Part shown: positions 1 through 8,590 of the stretch, one piece after another | Layout: each line of letters begins with the position of its first letter | Numbering within the stretch: position 1 is the first letter of the stretch | DNA from: Phycisphaerae bacterium | GTDB taxonomy: Bacteria > Planctomycetota > Phycisphaerae > Phycisphaerales > UBA1924 | Assembly (NCBI GenBank): GCA_016793805.1 | Contig: JAEUIZ010000007.1 | Location: forward strand, 1-27,676 | Direction of reading: 5' to 3' | Length of the DNA stretch: 27,676 nt | The notes under the pieces: generated by a model | Databases searched by the model: none | Seen by the model: only the letters and a program-made list of their open reading frames with translations | What the model was told of the DNA's origin: nothing | Position numbers and translations under genes: made by a program

Positions 1-76
1 CCGCTCACCTTTGGGCACGGGCGCGGCCATGGGCAGTTCCCCCCACGCGTGCTTGGTCGGCTTCATGGGCGTTTCT

Positions 77-97
77 CCCCCCCCCCCCCCCCCCCCC
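77..97. repeat. Homopolymeric poly-C (poly-G on the other strand) tract of 21 nt. It lies in the intergenic region upstream of the TPR::YggX gene, between it and a probable divergent minus-strand gene that leaves the window.
   Basis: Read directly: ttct + 21 C + gatctg. It is about 60 nt upstream of the ATG at 160. Confidence 0.95.
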
Positions 98-159
98 GAT
101 CTGCTCACTGCGCGTCGGCATCGGCCCCTGCGCGTCGCGAGCATTACCTATCGTCAGGC

Positions 160-801
160 ATGGACCTGAACGCCCGCATCGCCCAGTTTGAGAACATGGT
201 CCGCGAGGGCGCGGACCCGAACAACGACATGGCCTGGTTCAGCCTCGGGGGCGCCTACTCGCAGGCCGGGAGGCACCAGGACGCCGCCGACGCCTATGCG
301 CGGTGCGTCGGGATCAACCCCGGGTTCTCGAAGGCGTACCAACTGGGGGCCGAGGCGCTGATCAAGGCCGGCAAGGAAGCGACGGCGATCGAGGTGCTCA
401 CCATCGGCTACACCACGGCGGCCACCAAGGGCGACCGGATGCCCATGAGCGCGATGGCGACGATGCTGGAGCGCCTCGGGGCCCCGGTTCCGAGCGTTGG
501 AAGGCCGACGACCGCGGGCGTCGAGGGCAGCGGGTTCATCGACCGCAAGACCGGCCGACCGGGCACCCCGATGGCCCGCCCGCCCTTCCGCGGCCCGCTC
601 GGCGAGTGGATCCAGGCCAACATCTCCAAGGAGACGTTCGAGGATTGGATCCGCCAGGGGACGAAGGTCATCAACGAGTTGCGGCTGGACCTCTCGCGCG
701 AGGAGGACGAGGCGACGTACGACGCCCACATGCGCGAGTTCCTGGAGATCGACGACGAACTGCTGGCGAGGATCACGAACAAACCCCAGGAGGCTCGCTG
801 A
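160..801 (+). CDS. Fusion protein: N-terminal TPR-like helical domain plus C-terminal YggX-like Fe(2+)-trafficking domain
   Basis: In-frame ATG at 160; the track ORF 49..801 extends upstream across the poly-C tract and its extra N-terminus is low complexity. The C-terminal about 80 aa (GEWIQANISKETFEDWIRQGTKVINELRLDLSREEDEATYDAHMREFL) aligns by eye with the YggX family pattern (..IYNEISKEAWAQWQ..QTMLINEKKLNM...). The N-terminal about 110 aa has TPR-like helix pairs (AWFSLGGAYSQAGRHQDAADAYARCVGINPGFSKAY). The opposite-strand ORFs are R/G/A-rich shadow ORFs. Confidence 0.72.
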   Translation: MDLNARIAQFENMVREGADPNNDMAWFSLGGAYSQAGRHQDAADAYARCVGINPGFSKAYQLGAEALIKAGKEATAIEVLTIGYTTAATKGDRMPMSAMATMLERLGAPVPSVGRPTTAGVEGSGFIDRKTGRPGTPMARPPFRGPLGEWIQANISKETFEDWIRQGTKVINELRLDLSREEDEATYDAHMREFLEIDDELLARITNKPQEAR

Positions 802-843
802 AACACGACGCGGCCGACTCCGAAGCAGAGACGAGCACCGGAG

Positions 844-1653
844 ATGCCCATGACGACCTCGATGCTGCGAAACGCGCGATGCCTGGCGGCCCTGGCGGTT
901 CTGCCACTGGGCGGGTGCCTGGGCCCATTGGTCGAGCAGACGATCACCACGCCGATCCCGCACGTCGAGGGCGGGGGGCTGAAGGTCACGGCCCGGAACG
1001 GCTCGATCGACGTGACGCGGGCCCCGGGCCGCGAGGTCACCATCGTGGCCAAACTCCGGATGGAGTCCGAGCAGCGGATCAAGGACTCGCAGGTGCTTGT
1101 CGAGCGGGGCACGGACAACACGCTGACGATCCGCCTTCGCCCGCCGGACGACGCCTGGCGCACCCGCGAGGGGTGCAGTTTCGAGGTCTCGATTCCGTCG
1201 GCCAGTTCGGTGTCGATGGCGTCGAGCAATGGCGCGCTGACGCTCGCGGGCTTGGGCGGCCCGGCGGTGCTCGAGACCTCCAACGGCCGGATCGCGGTGG
1301 AGAACCACGACGGGCCGGTGGACGTGAGGACGAGCAACGGGGCGGTCCGCGTGCAGGGCGTGCCCGGGCCGATGAAGGCCCGGAGTTCCAACGGCTCGAT
1401 CTCGGCGTCCGTGACCGGCTCGGGACCCGTCGAGATTCGCACGTCCAACGGTGCGATCTCGTTGGACATCACGCGGGCGTTCGCCGGCGCCATCGAGGTC
1501 CGCACCAGCAACGGCAGCCTGTCGATGCCAGACTCCGGCGCGGAGGTCGAGAAGACCGGCCGGAACGAACGCCGGGTCAAGTTCGCCAGCGACGGCCCGG
1601 GATCGACGGTGCGCACGAGCAACGGGAGCGTGACGATCCGAGTCGTGCCGTAG
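844..1653 (+). CDS. Lipoprotein with repeated TSNG-x-I beta-strand motifs, DUF4097-like putative adhesin / repeat protein
   Basis: N-terminal signal peptide with lipobox LPLGGC. There are at least 7 repeats of about 20 aa carrying an (E/R)TSNG(R/A/S)I motif, as in DUF4097 putative adhesins. A GGAG lies 8 nt before the alternative ATG at 850, so the true start may be 850. Confidence 0.8.
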   Translation: MPMTTSMLRNARCLAALAVLPLGGCLGPLVEQTITTPIPHVEGGGLKVTARNGSIDVTRAPGREVTIVAKLRMESEQRIKDSQVLVERGTDNTLTIRLRPPDDAWRTREGCSFEVSIPSASSVSMASSNGALTLAGLGGPAVLETSNGRIAVENHDGPVDVRTSNGAVRVQGVPGPMKARSSNGSISASVTGSGPVEIRTSNGAISLDITRAFAGAIEVRTSNGSLSMPDSGAEVEKTGRNERRVKFASDGPGSTVRTSNGSVTIRVVP

Positions 1654-1961
1654 GGATCGCGCCGCGAGTCCGAGGCTCCGCCAAACGCGGCGATCGGCGC
1701 GCGGCGGAAGGTGTTTGATCGGATTCGCCGCGGACGGCGGAGCGGGGGGACCCTGCGGCTTGACGGGAGCGTGAGAACTTGCGAGGATGGGGAGGCACCC
1801 GGGGATCAACCGGCGTGCGGGACCCGTATGGACACGGTCGGCGTCGGCCCGGTGGTCGTCGCGCTGCCCAAGGTGGGGCCTATTGTGGACCCCGGCGCGA
1901 GCCGGATGGGTCGCCGGGCTCGGCCCGGGTTCCCGGGGTTGCCCCGGATTGGAGCATTGGC

Positions 1962-3344
1962 ATGGCGTCGCGCAGCAGTTCGGGGATTGGCGTCGGGATC
2001 ACGATCACGCTCCTGGGCGTGCTCTCCCTCGCGCTCTTTATCCTGACCATCGTCTTCTACTCCAAGTACCAGGCCTCGAATCGCCAACTGATCTCCTACC
2101 AGACGGAGCAGGACCAGTACATCCTCCGCGACGAGATGAGCGGCGACGCGGTGGCGCGGATCAAGGACCTCGCCAAGACCGACCGCAAGTCGGTGGTGGG
2201 CTATCTGCTCGAGGCGACGCGCATGGCCTCGCAGCGGGTCACGGGCTCCGGAACGGATACCCCCGCGCAGATGTTCGCCAAACTCGACCGGGTCGAGGGC
2301 GCGTCGAGCAACAACCTGCTGGGCGTGCTGGCCTCCAAGGACGCGCAGATCGCGGACCTCGGCGCGAAACTGGCGCAGGCCGACGCGGACCGCCGGACCG
2401 CGCTGCAGGACCTGGCGAACGAGTCGGAGCGCGTCAAGCGGATCCAGGAGACGCACCAGAAGACGATCGCGAGCCTCAACGGGGATCTGGACAAGTACCG
2501 CGCCGAGGTCGAGCAGTATCGCGCCAGCGTGAACGACGCGAAGATGAGCATGGACCGGCAGATCGAGAAGACCCGCGACGACGCGACGGCCCGCGAGGCG
2601 GCGCTCGCCGAGAAGGTGCGGAAACTCGAGGGCGACAACGTCCAACTGCTCGACCGGATCTCGAAGTTGCAAGGCGAGAAGACGCGCGACATCCTCAAGC
2701 CGCTGCCCGAGTCGGCGCACGTCGATGGGCAGATCATGGCGATCAACCCCGCCGCGCAGGAGATCACGATCAACCGAGGCCTGGCGGACAAGATCATCCT
2801 CGGGATGAGTTTCGCCGTCTATTCGGACGCCACGGCGATCCGCCCGGACCCCAAGACCGGGGAGTATCCCGCGGGCAAGGCGACGGTCGAGGTCATCAAC
2901 GTCGGGCAATCGTCCTCGGTGTGCCGCGTCACCTCCGAGGTCAAGGGCTCCCCGATCGTCCGTGGGGACGTGGTGGCCAACGCGATCTATGACCCGAACA
3001 AGGTCTACACGTTCCTGATCGACGGGAACTTCGACACGAACCGCGATGGCGTGGCGACCCCGCGCGAGGCCGACGACATCCGCGCCCTCATCACGTCCTG
3101 GGGCGGAAAGGTCGTGGACGACCTGAGCGGGAACGTGGACTTCCTCGTGCTCGGCGCTCGCCCGGTCCTTCCTCCTCGCCCGGACGTGCGGGCGCCGATC
3201 GCGCTGGTGCAGGAGTACATGCGGCTCGACGCGCTGGCGCAGCGGTACGACCGGCTCTTCGAGCAGGCCGTTGCCACCTCGCTGCCGGTGCTGAACGAGA
3301 ATCGGCTGTACACGTTGATTGGCCGCCGCGCGGGATCGCGGTAG
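1962..3344 (+). CDS. Membrane-anchored coiled-coil protein with a central beta-rich domain and a C-terminal BRCT-like domain
   Basis: ATG at 1962 with GGAG 8 nt upstream; the track ORF starts at 1779 but its upstream part is low-complexity R/G-rich. There is an N-terminal TM helix (ITITLLGVLSLALFILTIVFY), then about 230 aa of heptad-rich coiled coil with a very high E/K/R/Q/A/D content. The C-terminus (YTFLIDGNFDTNRDGVATPREADDIRALITSWGGKVVDDLSGNVDFLVLGARP) matches the BRCT consensus (hhhTG.h...R.E....I...GG.V...VS..TDhLVhG). Confidence 0.7.
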   Translation: MASRSSSGIGVGITITLLGVLSLALFILTIVFYSKYQASNRQLISYQTEQDQYILRDEMSGDAVARIKDLAKTDRKSVVGYLLEATRMASQRVTGSGTDTPAQMFAKLDRVEGASSNNLLGVLASKDAQIADLGAKLAQADADRRTALQDLANESERVKRIQETHQKTIASLNGDLDKYRAEVEQYRASVNDAKMSMDRQIEKTRDDATAREAALAEKVRKLEGDNVQLLDRISKLQGEKTRDILKPLPESAHVDGQIMAINPAAQEITINRGLADKIILGMSFAVYSDATAIRPDPKTGEYPAGKATVEVINVGQSSSVCRVTSEVKGSPIVRGDVVANAIYDPNKVYTFLIDGNFDTNRDGVATPREADDIRALITSWGGKVVDDLSGNVDFLVLGARPVLPPRPDVRAPIALVQEYMRLDALAQRYDRLFEQAVATSLPVLNENRLYTLIGRRAGSR

Positions 3345-3353
3345 CGTTCGCGG

Positions 3354-4448
3354 ATGGCGCTCCAGCCTCAGTCCAAGGCCCCGGCATGGCTGCACGGGCC
3401 GCTGTATCTCTCGATCCGCCTGGCGATCGCCGGACTGACCACGCTCCCGCTGCCCCCGGTGCTCTCGTCGGTGAGCGCGGCGGGCCGGTGGTACGCGTCG
3501 CGGCGTTTCAACCGTCGCAGGCTCGCCCGGGCCGAAGCCAACCTCCGTGTGGCCTTCCCCGACTGGCCCGCCGAGCGGGTCCGCGGGGTCGCGCTCGACG
3601 CCTACGAGCACCTCTTCCGGCTGGGCGTCGAGTCGTGCTTCGGCCCGCGACTCGTCAACGACGACTCGTGGGTGCGGCACTTTCGGATTGACGGCCTGGG
3701 CGCGGCGCTCGCCGAACTCGTGCGCCCCGGGCCGGTGATCCTCCTCACCGGTCATTGCGGCAACTGGGAACTGCTCGGCGCGTCGGTGGCGATGCTGGGC
3801 ATCCCCATGCACGCCGTCTACCGCCCGCTCGACCTGCCCCCGCTGGACGAGTACGTGCATCGGACGCGCCGCCGACGGGGGCTGGTGCTGGTGGACAAGT
3901 TCGGCGCGGTCAAGGACATGCCTGGGATCATCGAGTCCGGCGCGCCGCTGGGGATCATCGCGGACCAGAACGGCGGGGACCGTGGGATCTTCGTGCCGTT
4001 CTTCAACCGGCTCGCGGCGTCGTACAAGTCGATCGGGCTGCTGGCGATGCGGTACAACGCGCGGGTGTTGTGCGCCATGGCCCGGCGGCTCGATCCGCGC
4101 GAGCGGCGATCGGCCGACGAACTGGGCTATTCCATCGAGTTCGTCGACGACTTCGGGCCAGCGGACTGGAGCGCGCAGCCGGACCCGCTTTTCTACCTGA
4201 CGGCCCGCTACCGCCGGGCGATCGAGTCGATGATCCGCCTGGCCCCGAGCCAGTACCTGTGGATGCACCGGACATGGCGCAGCCGACCCCCGCACGAGCG
4301 CGCCGGGCGGCCGTTCCCCTCGGCGCTCGAGGCGAAACTCCGCGCGCTCCCGTGGATGACCGACACCGACATCGAGGCGATCAAGGACCACAGCGCCCGC
4401 GACACGGAGGAACTCCACCGGCTCGGCGCGAAGAAGTTGTCGATGTGA
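3354..4448 (+). CDS. Lipid A biosynthesis acyltransferase, LpxL/LpxM/HtrB family (Kdo2-lipid IVA acyltransferase-like)
   Basis: N-terminal membrane anchor and the HCGNWE catalytic motif (H-x4-D/E) typical of PF03279 Lip_A_acyltrans. Length about 364 aa. It starts 9 nt after the stop of the upstream gene, so it is probably co-transcribed. Confidence 0.8.
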   Translation: MALQPQSKAPAWLHGPLYLSIRLAIAGLTTLPLPPVLSSVSAAGRWYASRRFNRRRLARAEANLRVAFPDWPAERVRGVALDAYEHLFRLGVESCFGPRLVNDDSWVRHFRIDGLGAALAELVRPGPVILLTGHCGNWELLGASVAMLGIPMHAVYRPLDLPPLDEYVHRTRRRRGLVLVDKFGAVKDMPGIIESGAPLGIIADQNGGDRGIFVPFFNRLAASYKSIGLLAMRYNARVLCAMARRLDPRERRSADELGYSIEFVDDFGPADWSAQPDPLFYLTARYRRAIESMIRLAPSQYLWMHRTWRSRPPHERAGRPFPSALEAKLRALPWMTDTDIEAIKDHSARDTEELHRLGAKKLSM

Positions 4449-4520
4449 AGGACGAGGCCGCCTCGGGCCGCGCCCCGCCGGCGAAGCGACGAGCCGGTGC
4501 CGCCCTGCTAGGATCGCGCG

Positions 4521-4736
4521 ATGAACGCGGTGGTGATCATCGGGATCGTCGTGGCGGTCATGCTGATCGCGGGCGTGTTCTTCGCGCTCATCTGGTGGCA
4601 GATGGCGGACGTGGTCTTCCCCGGCGCGGCGAAGAAGACCGGCCAGCGCATCCTGGGCAAGGACGCCGACGCCAAGCCCGGGCCTCCGCCGGGCGCGACC
4701 GTCGTGCGCTTCGACCCCCCGAGCGAGGATCGCTGA
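4521..4736 (+). CDS. Small membrane protein of 71 aa, hypothetical
   Basis: ATG with AGGA upstream, a single N-terminal TM helix (VVIIGIVVAVMLIAGVFFALIWW), high GC3. No homolog recognised. Confidence 0.45.
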   Translation: MNAVVIIGIVVAVMLIAGVFFALIWWQMADVVFPGAAKKTGQRILGKDADAKPGPPPGATVVRFDPPSEDR

Positions 4737-4793
4737 CAACCGCGGACCTCGCCGCCGTACCCCGTCAGCCCCGAGCCAGTGCCGCCCCGCGGA

Positions 4794-6863
4794 CTACTTG
4801 ATCGGCTTGGGGATCACGAAGTTGTCGAGGAGCACGTCCCCGATGCCGATGAGGGCGGCGCCGGCGATGATCCCCGCGCAGAGCGGCTCCTGCGTGTCCA
4901 CCCAGAGACGACGTCCGAAGGACCGCTCGGAGCGGTTCTGGTTGAGCCGGTGCATGAGCCAGAAGAAGAACGCGCCCGCGAACATGGCGATGGTGGACTC
5001 CGGGGGCACGACGACGCCCAACCCGATCGCCAACGCGCTGATCGGGAACTTGCCCTTGGAGAAGACCCGCATGACCTCGAAGGTCAGCCCGACGAACGCC
5101 GCGATGACCATCGAGGTGATGATCGAGCCCGTCAGGAGCGACCCGGACCCGCCGGGCGCGAAGATGGACGTGACGAGGTCCGAAACGCCCTTCCACTGGA
5201 ACGTCCCGGGGAACGCGAACTTCCCGCCCTCGGGCGCCATGGCCTGCTGCACGTTGTCGCCGGGCTTGTAGTCCGAGAGGAAGAGGAAGTAGAAGAGCGG
5301 CGTCGAGGCGAGCGCCCCCGCGAAGATCCCGATGCAGTGCGCCATCGCCTGCTGCCGGGGCTTGGCGCCGAGCATGTACCCGGGCTTGATGTCCATGAGC
5401 AGGTTGCTCGCGTTGCTCGCGGCCTCGGTGGTCATGCACGCCGTCATCAGGTTCGTCGGGGGGTGCGTCGGGTTGAGCCCGCCGTACAGGAACTGCGGGA
5501 TCTTCGAGAGGGCGCCGACCGGCGTGATGCCCGTGAGCGCGGTGCTGCTGGCGGCGATCAGCGTCAGGAAGATGATGAGCACGATCGCCGTCGCGCCATA
5601 GATCACCGGCACCTCGAACCAGTCGTACGCCATCCAGACGCCCAGGGCGCCCACGATCGGGATGCCGATCCACGAGATTTTCAGCGGCAACTCGATGTGC
5701 GCGAGCACGTCCGACTTCGCGTCCTTCTTGTCGCCCAGCGCCTTGGCCCCGATCGACTTGAAGGCCTCGACGAAGATCTTGGGTCGGGCGAAGAGCGCCA
5801 CCAGCGACGCCGTCACCATGATGACGATGCCCCACCAGAGCGCCCAGGTGTTCAGGACGTGGACGCGCCCGAAGAGCCGCTCCCCGCTCTCGGCGATCCG
5901 CGAGGGCTTGATCTCGCCGATCGAGATCATCCACGGGACGATGAAGACGAAGTTGACGATCATCCCGATCAACATGCTCGTGGCCGCGCGGATGCCCATG
6001 AGCCCGCCCGCGCCGAAGAGAGCCAGGTCCATCGCGGGGCGCAGCGCCAACTGCCGGACGTCAACCCCGGCCAGCCGCGGAATCGGGACCACGCCGCGGG
6101 CGGCCAGGGTGTAGTACCACTCGTCGAGGTAGTGCGGGAGGTGCCAGGTTCCCTTGAGACGATCCTTGAAGTTCGTGCAGACGTCCGACCACCCCTGCCC
6201 GTGCCTGGCCATCAGGACGACCCCGTGCAGGAACTTCAGGTACGCGGTGCCCGCCAGGAAGGTGACGATCCCCGCGATCGCCGCGGCGGTCGCGAGGGAC
6301 TTGGCCTTGAAGAGCCCCACCGCCGCCGACGACGTGTAGAGCGTGTCGAGCACCACCCCGCACGCCCGCCCCTCGGGGAAGGGCTGCTGCTCGTCGTTGA
6401 TGAACTTCCGCTTCATCGGGAACGCCACGAGAACCCCGAGGATCGAGAGCACGATGTTGAAGAGCAGCATCTGCCACCACGGCATCACCTTGTTCTCGAC
6501 CCACATGTACGCCGCCATCCCCGAGATCAGCGGCCCGGTCATGTAGCCCGCCGCCGTCGCGGTGCTCTGCATCGCGTTGTTCTCGAGGATCGTCATGTCC
6601 TTGGCCCCCATCCGGGAGAGGACCTTGAACATCGCGAACGCCAGGATCACGCTCGTGATCCCCACGCCCAGCGTCCACCCGCTCATCGCGCCCACGTACA
6701 GGTTCGTCGCCGACAGGATCCCGCCCAGGCAGAACCCGGTCACTCCCGCGCGCAGGGTCAACTGCGGCATGTCGCCCCGGAACACGTTCTCCAGCCACCA
6801 CCGGTCCTTCTGCTCCCGGGTCCAGGTGCGGATCTGTTCGTCGGTCAGCGTCGGGATCGCCAT
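4794..6863 (-). CDS. OPT-family oligopeptide transporter
   Basis: ATG verified at 6863..6861 with GAGG 6 nt upstream. The track ORF extends to 7298 but its N-terminus is R/P/G-rich junk. The product has about 16 TM segments and an OPT-family-like sequence. Stop TAG at 4794. Confidence 0.85.
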   Translation of the reverse strand: MAIPTLTDEQIRTWTREQKDRWWLENVFRGDMPQLTLRAGVTGFCLGGILSATNLYVGAMSGWTLGVGITSVILAFAMFKVLSRMGAKDMTILENNAMQSTATAAGYMTGPLISGMAAYMWVENKVMPWWQMLLFNIVLSILGVLVAFPMKRKFINDEQQPFPEGRACGVVLDTLYTSSAAVGLFKAKSLATAAAIAGIVTFLAGTAYLKFLHGVVLMARHGQGWSDVCTNFKDRLKGTWHLPHYLDEWYYTLAARGVVPIPRLAGVDVRQLALRPAMDLALFGAGGLMGIRAATSMLIGMIVNFVFIVPWMISIGEIKPSRIAESGERLFGRVHVLNTWALWWGIVIMVTASLVALFARPKIFVEAFKSIGAKALGDKKDAKSDVLAHIELPLKISWIGIPIVGALGVWMAYDWFEVPVIYGATAIVLIIFLTLIAASSTALTGITPVGALSKIPQFLYGGLNPTHPPTNLMTACMTTEAASNASNLLMDIKPGYMLGAKPRQQAMAHCIGIFAGALASTPLFYFLFLSDYKPGDNVQQAMAPEGGKFAFPGTFQWKGVSDLVTSIFAPGGSGSLLTGSIITSMVIAAFVGLTFEVMRVFSKGKFPISALAIGLGVVVPPESTIAMFAGAFFFWLMHRLNQNRSERSFGRRLWVDTQEPLCAGIIAGAALIGIGDVLLDNFVIPKPIK

Positions 6864-7054
6864 GCACAGCCTCGCTTTGTCCCGCTCGCCACAGGGGCGC
6901 GGGGTGGGTGGTCGTGGGCGGCCAGAATACACGAATCCTGCGCCCGCGTCCCGGCGTCGGCTGGGCACGTCACACTCGCGTAACAACGCCGAACATCTCT
7001 CGACCGGCGGTACGCTCCCTCCACCTCGCCCATCCCCCGTACCTCGGAGGTCCC

Positions 7055-7609
7055 ATGTCGCTTCGCCCGTTCCTGCTGGCTGCCGTCGGGCTCTCGCTCG
7101 CCACGGTCGGCCTGGCCCTCGCGCAGCAAAGGTCCCGCCCGCCGCAATCGTCCTCGCCCGAGCCTCGGCCCCCGATGGTCCAGTGGATCGGGCACGAGTC
7201 CAAGCACCCGGCCGGCTTCGTGGTGGTGCGCGACGACGAGGCGTGGCGGGCGCTCTGGGGCAAGCACACGGGCCGACCGGCGGACGACCGCGGCGCAATG
7301 CACCGCTACATCGCGCCCCGGATCGACTTCGAGCGCTGCATGGTGGTCGGGCACTTTGCCGGCCCGAGCGTCAACGCCGATGGAGAGGTGGCAGCGAGCG
7401 TCCGCGAAACGGCCGAGCACTTGGTCATCCGGTTCGTCTCGTCCACGTTCCAGAGTGCCGGCCCCGGCGGGGGCGGGGCGAACACCACGCCCTTCGGCCT
7501 CTGGGTCGTGCCCGCGTCCTCGCTCCCCATCCTCATCGAAGAGGGCCGACATGGCGGGAAGCAGGGCGCGCTCGTCTGGGAAGAGGCCGCTCGCCTGCCC
7601 GGGAAGTAG
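7055..7609 (+). CDS. Secreted hypothetical protein with a signal peptide
   Basis: ATG at 7055 preceded by GGAGG. Classic signal peptide MSLRPFLLAAVGLSLATVGLALAQQ. The antisense ORFs here (6845..7552-, 6970..7269-) are shadow-like. It is divergent from the OPT transporter. No family recognised. Confidence 0.6.
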   Translation: MSLRPFLLAAVGLSLATVGLALAQQRSRPPQSSSPEPRPPMVQWIGHESKHPAGFVVVRDDEAWRALWGKHTGRPADDRGAMHRYIAPRIDFERCMVVGHFAGPSVNADGEVAASVRETAEHLVIRFVSSTFQSAGPGGGGANTTPFGLWVVPASSLPILIEEGRHGGKQGALVWEEAARLPGK

Positions 7610-7626
7610 AGCGCGTACCGTTGCCC

Positions 7627-8520
7627 ATGCCCCGAGACCCCCGCTTCGCCGGCGCGTTCACCGCGATCATCACCCCGTTCACCGCCGACGGCTCGGCGAT
7701 CGACTTCGCGCGCCTCGAGCAGCAGATCGAGTTCCAGGCCGCGGGCGGCGTGCGCGGGATCGTCGTCGCCGGGACCACCGGTGAGAGCCCGACGCTGGGT
7801 GAGCACGAGTACCCGAAACTCCTCGCCCGCGCCGCCGAGTTGGCCCGGGCCCGCGGGCTGCTCGCGATCGCGGGCACGGGGAGCAACTCGACCGCGCACG
7901 CGCTCGAGTTGCAGCGGATCGCGCGCGACGCCGGCATGGACGCGACGCTGAGCGTCAACCCCTACTACAACAAGCCGACGCAGGAGGGGCTCTATCGCCA
8001 CTTCGCGTCGATCGCCGACGCCGCGACCCTGCCGATCGTGCTCTACAACATCCCCGGGCGCACGGGCGTGGCGATCTCGCCCGCGACGATGCAGCGCCTC
8101 GCGAAGCACGAGCGGATCGTCGCGAACAAGGAGGCCACGGGCTCGACCGACTCGGCCACCGAGATCGCGATCCGATGCCCGGAACTCGCGCTGCTCTCGG
8201 GCGACGACTCGATGACGCTCCCGTTCGCCTCGGTCGGAGCCGTGGGCGTCGTCTCGGTCGTGTCGAACCTCGCGCCCGCGAAGGTCTCGGGGCTGTGCGC
8301 GGCGTTCCTGAAAGGCGACTGGAACGCCGCCCGCGCCCTGCATCGCGAACTCTTCGACCTTTGCCGCGCGATGTTCCTCGAGACGAACCCGATCCCGATC
8401 AAGGCGGCGATGCGGCTCCTGGGCCGCGACTCCGGCTCGCTGCGACTGCCCATGACCGAGGCGAGCGAGCCCACGATCGCCGCGGTGCGCGAGGCGCTGA
8501 CGCGCGCCGGCCTGCGCTAG
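7627..8520 (+). CDS. dapA: 4-hydroxy-tetrahydrodipicolinate synthase
   Basis: ATG at 7627. 297 aa with the DapA/NAL-family pattern (GTTGE....L....Y..LL..A, YN.P.RTG). The track ORF 6562..8520 is over-extended upstream. Confidence 0.9.
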   Translation: MPRDPRFAGAFTAIITPFTADGSAIDFARLEQQIEFQAAGGVRGIVVAGTTGESPTLGEHEYPKLLARAAELARARGLLAIAGTGSNSTAHALELQRIARDAGMDATLSVNPYYNKPTQEGLYRHFASIADAATLPIVLYNIPGRTGVAISPATMQRLAKHERIVANKEATGSTDSATEIAIRCPELALLSGDDSMTLPFASVGAVGVVSVVSNLAPAKVSGLCAAFLKGDWNAARALHRELFDLCRAMFLETNPIPIKAAMRLLGRDSGSLRLPMTEASEPTIAAVREALTRAGLR

Positions 8521-8538
8521 TCGCCCGCGCAACGAAAC

Positions 8539-8562
8539 GACCCGGGCTCACGGACCCGGGTC
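8539..8562. terminator. GC-rich hairpin between the convergent dapA and fibro-slime genes (candidate bidirectional terminator)
   Basis: gacccggg-ctcacgga-cccgggtc: a perfect 8-bp stem with an 8-nt loop, 19 nt after the dapA stop and 29 nt after the fibro-slime gene stop. Confidence 0.45.
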
Positions 8563-8590
8563 GCGGTGTGCGGCGTTGGACTCGATCGGC

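Noticed and set aside
29-66. Possible start of a divergent minus-strand gene (cat at 64..66 giving MKPTKHAWGELPMAAPVPKGER…) leaving the window at position 1
   Set aside because: Only about 22 codons are visible, with no RBS clearly identifiable and no homology possible. I mention it only as context for the poly-C tract.
1200-1640. DNA-level direct repeats (…cgcacgagcaacgg…, …cgcaccagcaacgg…, …cgcacgtccaacgg…) inside 844..1653
   Set aside because: They are fully explained by the protein-level TSNG repeat units of the DUF4097-like lipoprotein and are not an independent repeat element.
3386-3738. Small + strand ORFs (3386..3691, 3547..3738) and minus ORFs (3818..4078, 4003..4275) inside the LpxL-like gene
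   Set aside because: They are out-of-frame or antisense overlaps with low-complexity R/S/G/A-rich translations, inside a gene with a clear catalytic motif in another frame.
1806-4739. 977-aa ORF on the minus strand (and similar giants at 154..1809-, 4779..6983+, 9568..11073-, 9696..11225+, 15607..17310-, 18123..19808+, 20010..21461+, 22758..25376+)
   Set aside because: Their composition is Arg/Gly/Ala/Pro/His-rich with no domain signatures. Each lies antisense to a gene with clear homology (LpxL-like, OPT, murA, feoB, lepB, PSP1, uvrB). These are the shadow ORFs expected in about 70% GC DNA, where stop codons are rare off-frame.
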